Assembly: GCF_001194135.2 (NCBI RefSeq)
Contig: NC_068985.1
Location: forward strand, 26,823,976 to 26,858,175
DNA: 34,200 bases
Source: Octopus bimaculoides
Lineage: Eukaryota
Direction of reading: 5' to 3'
Below the pieces are notes generated by a model, which saw nothing but the letters and a program-made list of their open reading frames with translations, ran no database searches and was not told the origin of the DNA. The stretch's first letter is position 1, and each line of letters starts with the position of its first letter. Below, one piece after another: positions 29,310 through 34,200 of the stretch. The position numbers and the translations under genes are program-made.

Positions 29310-29812
29310 CCTTTCTACTATGAGCAAACGGGGTAATCTTCAAGTTTAGGGGGATAAAAAAAATAAATAAAAATATTCAAGGGAAGTAACTGAACGTCTT
29401 ACCAGTATTATCCGTTTTCTTCTAGCTGTTTATAAATAAATCACACCCTAACCCTAATCCTAACCCTAGCTCTAATCCTAACGTCAATCAAATCACGTGT
29501 GTGATTTATTTATAAACAGAGATGTACGGAGAATACTGGTAAGACGTTCAGTTACTTCCCTTGAATATTTTAATTATTTTTTTTATCCCCCTAAACTTGA
29601 AGATTACCAGCAAACGGCCTGAAATTTGAAGGGGAGGGACTAGTCGATTACACCGACCCCAGTGATTCACTGGTACTTAATTTATCGACCCTGAAAAGAG
29701 GAAAGGCAAAATCGACCTCGCAGGAATTCGAACTCAGAACGTAGCAACGAATGAAATACCGCTAAGCATTTCGTCCAACGTGCTTACGATTCTGCCAGCT
29801 CGCCGCCTTTTG
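29310..29812 (-). mobile_element. SINE B copy interrupted by the MITE; abuts (TAA)n
   Basis: Removing the MITE and one TSD restores ctttctactatgagcaaacggcctgaaattt, comparable to ggcacaaggcctgacattt at about 21540. Confidence 0.82.
29332..29608. mobile_element. 277-bp MITE with 110-115-bp TIRs and a 9-bp TSD (AGCAAACGG)
   Basis: Arms 29332-29446 and 29499-29608 are near-perfect reverse complements starting GGTAATCTTCAAG; TSD at 29323-29331 and 29609-29617; spacer of CCCTAA-like hexamers. Confidence 0.92.
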
Positions 29813-29818
29813 AGTGCC

Positions 29819-29819
29819 A

Positions 29820-29907
<88 letters not shown>
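29819..29907 (+). repeat. (TAA)n microsatellite
   Basis: About 29 perfect units. Confidence 0.97.
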
Positions 29908-29908
<1 letters not shown>

Positions 29909-30234
29909 TAATTCCAACTTGAAGTCAGTTTTAGGTTAATGATACATCCAAGCATTATTGTAAACCAGAAAAGAAACAAAACTAACCCAAATGTATGGGT
30001 GGAAGGAGCAGAAACACCTACAGAGCTGCTTCACCGCCTGATGAGTCGTCGACTTCTGCGTTTGGAGACAGAGTACAGCAGCATCTTCAGCATACTAGTG
30101 TTTATCCTAAAAAAAATATCTAATGAGAACTGTGTCCAATATATGGTGCATACAGCGATTGTCCGTTTACCCATCAGGTAAGGCTCGACTGAGCAGACTT
30201 ACGGTCAAGCACATACTAGACTTGACTATATGTT

Positions 30235-30685
30235 ATCTTCCATCTTTCGCTTGCTTCATTCACTGGATTGTGGCCGTGCTGAGGCAGTGCTCCACCTTCA
30301 AGGGTTTTAGTCGAGCAGATAGACCGTCAGTACTTATTTCCGTGTCTGGCGCTTATTCTACGGGTCTCTTATTGCCGAACTACAAAGTTACAAGGATGTA
30401 AACAAACCAGCACTGGTTGTCAAACAGTAGGGAGAGGGACAAACGTAGCCATAAGGACACACAAATACACACATACACTCGCTCTCTCTCTCTCTCTCTC
30501 TCTCTCAAACAGACACATACACTCGTGCTCACACACACACAGGCCTCTATACAGCTTCCGTCTACCAAATTTACTAACACGGTATTGTGAGGCCCGAGGT
30601 TATGGTAGAAGACACTTGCGTAAGGTGATGTGTAGTAGGACTGAGCCTAAACCATGTGGTTGCAAAGCGAGCTTCTTAACTATAC
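30235..30685 (-). mobile_element. SINE A copy with internal (CT)n/(CA)n
   Basis: Reverse-complement tail and head motifs (ccgtctaccaaat, ggtagaagacacttgc). Confidence 0.8.
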
Positions 30686-30815
30686 TGCTCTGGCGTTTTT
30701 TCATTTATCGATTTAAGACAGTAAGGTATGATTTGGTGGAGGCTTGGCTGCTATCTCAAGCAGATCGTACAACTGCGGAGAGTCTGACTCGTTGAGTTAT
30801 AATATACATGGTTAG

Positions 30816-31032
30816 AAGGCGGCGAGCTGGTAGAATCGTTAACGCGCCGGGCAAAATGCTCAGCGGCATTTCGCCTGTCTTTACGTTCTGAGTTCAAATT
30901 TCGTTGAGGTCGACTTTGCTTTTCATCCTTTCGGGGTCGATAATAAATTAAATACCAGTGAGACACTGGGGTCGATGTGATCGACTTAGCCTTTCCCTGA
31001 AATTTCAGACCTAGTGCCTTTAGTAGAAAGGA
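30816..31032 (+). mobile_element. SINE B copy
   Basis: aaggcggcgagctggtagaatcgtt...gaaatttcagacctagtgcctttagtagaaagg. Confidence 0.85.
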
Positions 31033-31589
31033 ATATATATGTTTAGTTATATGTGTGTGAATGTCTATATGTGAGTGCGTGTATGAGTATATGAGTGCGT
31101 GTGTGTTTTATAGACGTATGAAAATAAATATCACACATGTCTTATAAGACTATAGATTCTCTGGGAACTGGCTTCTCAGTTTTGATTCTGAACCAAGATC
31201 TGGTATTATCAGCTAATAACTCTTAGGTTTTGAACAATAGCTTGATGGATGTTAATATGAATGACACAAATGGACTTAACCAAAAGTTGGTCAAGAATGT
31301 CTGTGACAGAAGAAAGAGCATTACCATCCCAGGGGTGGGAATATGGTATTCTACTGTAGCACATATCTCCCTCCTTATAGAAGATCAACAATTGTTTAGT
31401 AATTCAGTTAATCACATTTGAAAGTTTAGAGATCGTTTATTTAAAAGGGCATAATACCAAAGGTATCGGAATGTTGGTCACCCAATATATACATTATTTT
31501 AAATAAGAAATGCATGTAAAGTTTAGAATTCTGAACAGGAGTAATAGTTTGCGGGATTTTATTGTTTATATATATTTGTGGCCCTATAT

Positions 31590-31832
31590 CTTTCATCTGC
31601 TTGTTTCAGTCATTATACTGCGGCCTTGCGGGGGGCCTTGAAAAGTTTAGTCGAACAAATCGGCCCCAGTACTTATTTTTTTTCTTTAGCCTAGTACTTA
31701 TTCTATCAATATTTTTCGCTAAACCGCTAAGTTACGGGGATGTAAACAAACCAACGCCGGTTATCAAGCGGTAGTGGGGAACACACAAACACACACTCAC
31801 ATACACGCACGCACACACGCGTGCACACACAA

Positions 31833-31870
<38 letters not shown>

Positions 31871-32080
31871 GCGTGTGTGTGTGTATGTGTGTCAAGCGGT
31901 GACGGAAGCTAGCTGCTACTTCTAAACAGCGCCTCGGGTATTTCACGAAGTCTGTTCTTTTTTTTATTAGTGTCTATTGTGCCCACACATCTGCCGCACA
32001 CAATGACTACTTTTTCTGTTAACATCCCTCTGATACTGCTGCACCTCCTATATATATATATATATATAAGGGAAATTTCT

Positions 32081-32122
<42 letters not shown>

Positions 32123-32430
32123 TATAGATAGCATTGGATAGAAATAAGCAGTACGATCCTAAACGCCGAAACTGAAAATCCCCCAGTTTGGACAACTTCT
32201 TCATTCTTTTCTTATTTGGTTCCCCTTCCCTTTCATGCACACTCCTCTCTTTTAGGAGGCAAAAGCAATTACATATATATGTACACACACGAAGATAACT
32301 TCCGCCTACCAAATTCAATCACAAGGCTTCGGTCAGCCTGAGGCTATAGCAGAAGATATTTGACCAACGTGCCACGCAGTGGAACTGAACCCGAAACCAT
32401 GTGACTGGGATGCAAGCTTCTTAACCACAC
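31590..32430 (-). mobile_element. SINE A copy with an inflated, microsatellite-filled middle (tail 31590-31790, head 32290-32430)
   Basis: Tail and head motifs in the same orientation, separated by (CA)n, (TA)n and (GATA)n plus unique sequence. Confidence 0.65.
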
Positions 32431-32760
32431 AATGCACAATTTTGCATATATAACACACATATATGCAAAAATATCCCGCTGATGTTGAAATTCCAATAAA
32501 GGAGCCTTGGATCTAGGTTAGAAACCAGCTCTTTCTCTATTGGCAAGAAATATTGAAATAAAACTGAATGACTTGTATTTAAATACAATCATACAAACAA
32601 AGACAACTCAAAAGTAAATAGACATACCTTACTATATCGCTTTATTTTGGCAGACAATACTTATTAATACGATGTCCAATAAGTATCTAAATGCATCAAA
32701 TATGATTTTTTTTTCTAGAGCTAAATCTTTCGAAAATGATGGTGTCTACTTACTTTTGAG

Positions 32761-32824
<64 letters not shown>

Positions 32825-32825
32825 G

Positions 32826-32869
<44 letters not shown>

Positions 32870-32893
32870 CATACATATGTACATATATGCTTT

Positions 32894-32954
<61 letters not shown>
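32761..32954 (+). repeat. Compound (ATCT)n then (CA)n microsatellite
   Basis: Direct reading. Confidence 0.97.
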
Positions 32955-32956
<2 letters not shown>

Positions 32957-33330
32957 GAAAAACACTGTAACTGTAGATATTCGTACCGCTGTCCTCTAAA
33001 TAATAGCTGTCTGAAAAACGAACTTGCATATAAGGCCAAAATCATGGATTCCAACGGAGTAACAAAGGTATATACCCGAATGACGGGCAATTCGTTCATG
33101 GAAAGATACACACATCTGGCGTCAATGAGGGACTAAAATAATAGACATGCGGCATCCCTATCCAATATGATATGGACATTGGAAGAAAGAGAAGTAAGCA
33201 TCCTTCAAATAACATGATGCTTTATTGTTAAAACCAGAAAAATACAGGGGACGGGGGTACCAAATGTGAGCTTTGTGTTACTGAAAAGCTAAACATCACT
33301 CAATCAAACGAAAACTGCTTATCGTTTTGC
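32954..33330 (+). mobile_element. Penelope-like element remnant (GIY-YIG endonuclease C-terminus)
   Basis: CNCRYSYRCPLNNSCLKNELAYKAK...KVYTRMTGNSFMERYTH, then SLSNMIWTL and frameshifted KCELCVTEKLNI, match the Penelope CNC..CPL..CL / VY / YIG / C..C..EK layout. Confidence 0.82.
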
Positions 33331-33692
33331 GTTGCATTAATATAATTTTCGATTTTCTAATATAAACGATTCTAATAAGAGCTGGTCAGTTTGAATCACC
33401 TCACTGCTGTCATTCCTCCCGTCGGGTATAGCTTCAGGAATCGGTTTTTATGCAGTCTTTGCTCAACCATGACGTGGACTCCAACTAGTTCGAGCTTGTT
33501 TCTTTGTTTCGTTTTATGTTGATGGTGGTGGTGGTGGTGGTGGTGGTAGTAGTAGTAGAGTGAGTCGTGGGGAATAGCATCTGACAGGTCGGCAGCGAGC
33601 AGCTGGAAAGTTGGATGAAAATCAACTTTTGAAACGACCATGAACTCCAATCTTCGACTGGAAACTTCAGCCACAAATATATCTGTGTGTAT

Positions 33693-33728
<36 letters not shown>

Positions 33729-34200
33729 TTGCGTGCGTTTCTGCACGTGAGGGTGCTTGTATATAACAGACAACTCTCTCCACATTAACACGCTGTGCGT
33801 TTGCTCAAAACATACCACAGAATTGAAGCATCTCATTCCAAACATACCCAACTAATTACACACACACACACACATACACACATACACACACACAAATACA
33901 TGTACACACACATACATGCATACATATATATTCACTCACGCATGCACACAGANNNNNNNNNNCACATACATGCATACATATATATTCACTCACGCATGCA
34001 CACAGACACACACACACATACATACATACATACATATACATACATTGAGAGGTCAAGTGATAATATGATGCAAAGTCTCTCACATGACACCACTTCGGTG
34101 TAGTGAAAATGCCAACTGCCTGAAGTTCTTGTGACAAATGACTCAAGTTCAAAATCAAGCTAAGGCAATTATTGGGCAAAGAGATTATATATACATATAT

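Noticed and set aside
29447-29485. Telomere or interstitial telomeric sequence
   Set aside because: Only a few degenerate CCCTAA units, enclosed within MITE TIRs

Overview
AT-rich, microsatellite-dense eukaryotic genomic scaffold with many N gaps. The repeat families suggest an octopus or other coleoid cephalopod (inference). The window lies largely within one minus-strand gene of the DRAM/TMEM150 (Frag1/DRAM/Sfk1) membrane-protein family. Four internal coding exons (22334-22267, 10834-10689, 6927-6747, 5451-5375) splice in frame to 157 codons. The first and last coding exons were not found and probably lie outside the window or in gaps. Intron 6746-5452 carries minor-spliceosome (U12) signals. 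The rest is repeat-derived: two restriction-like-endonuclease LINE 3' fragments bounded by (CATA)n, a third deleted LINE, a dead mariner, a Penelope GIY-YIG remnant, a 277-bp MITE with a 9-bp TSD nested in a SINE, many tRNA-derived SINEs (including a close fold-back pair), and micro/minisatellites. Most ORFs in the supplied track are microsatellite or gap artefacts. No CRISPR, rRNA or true tRNA genes were seen.
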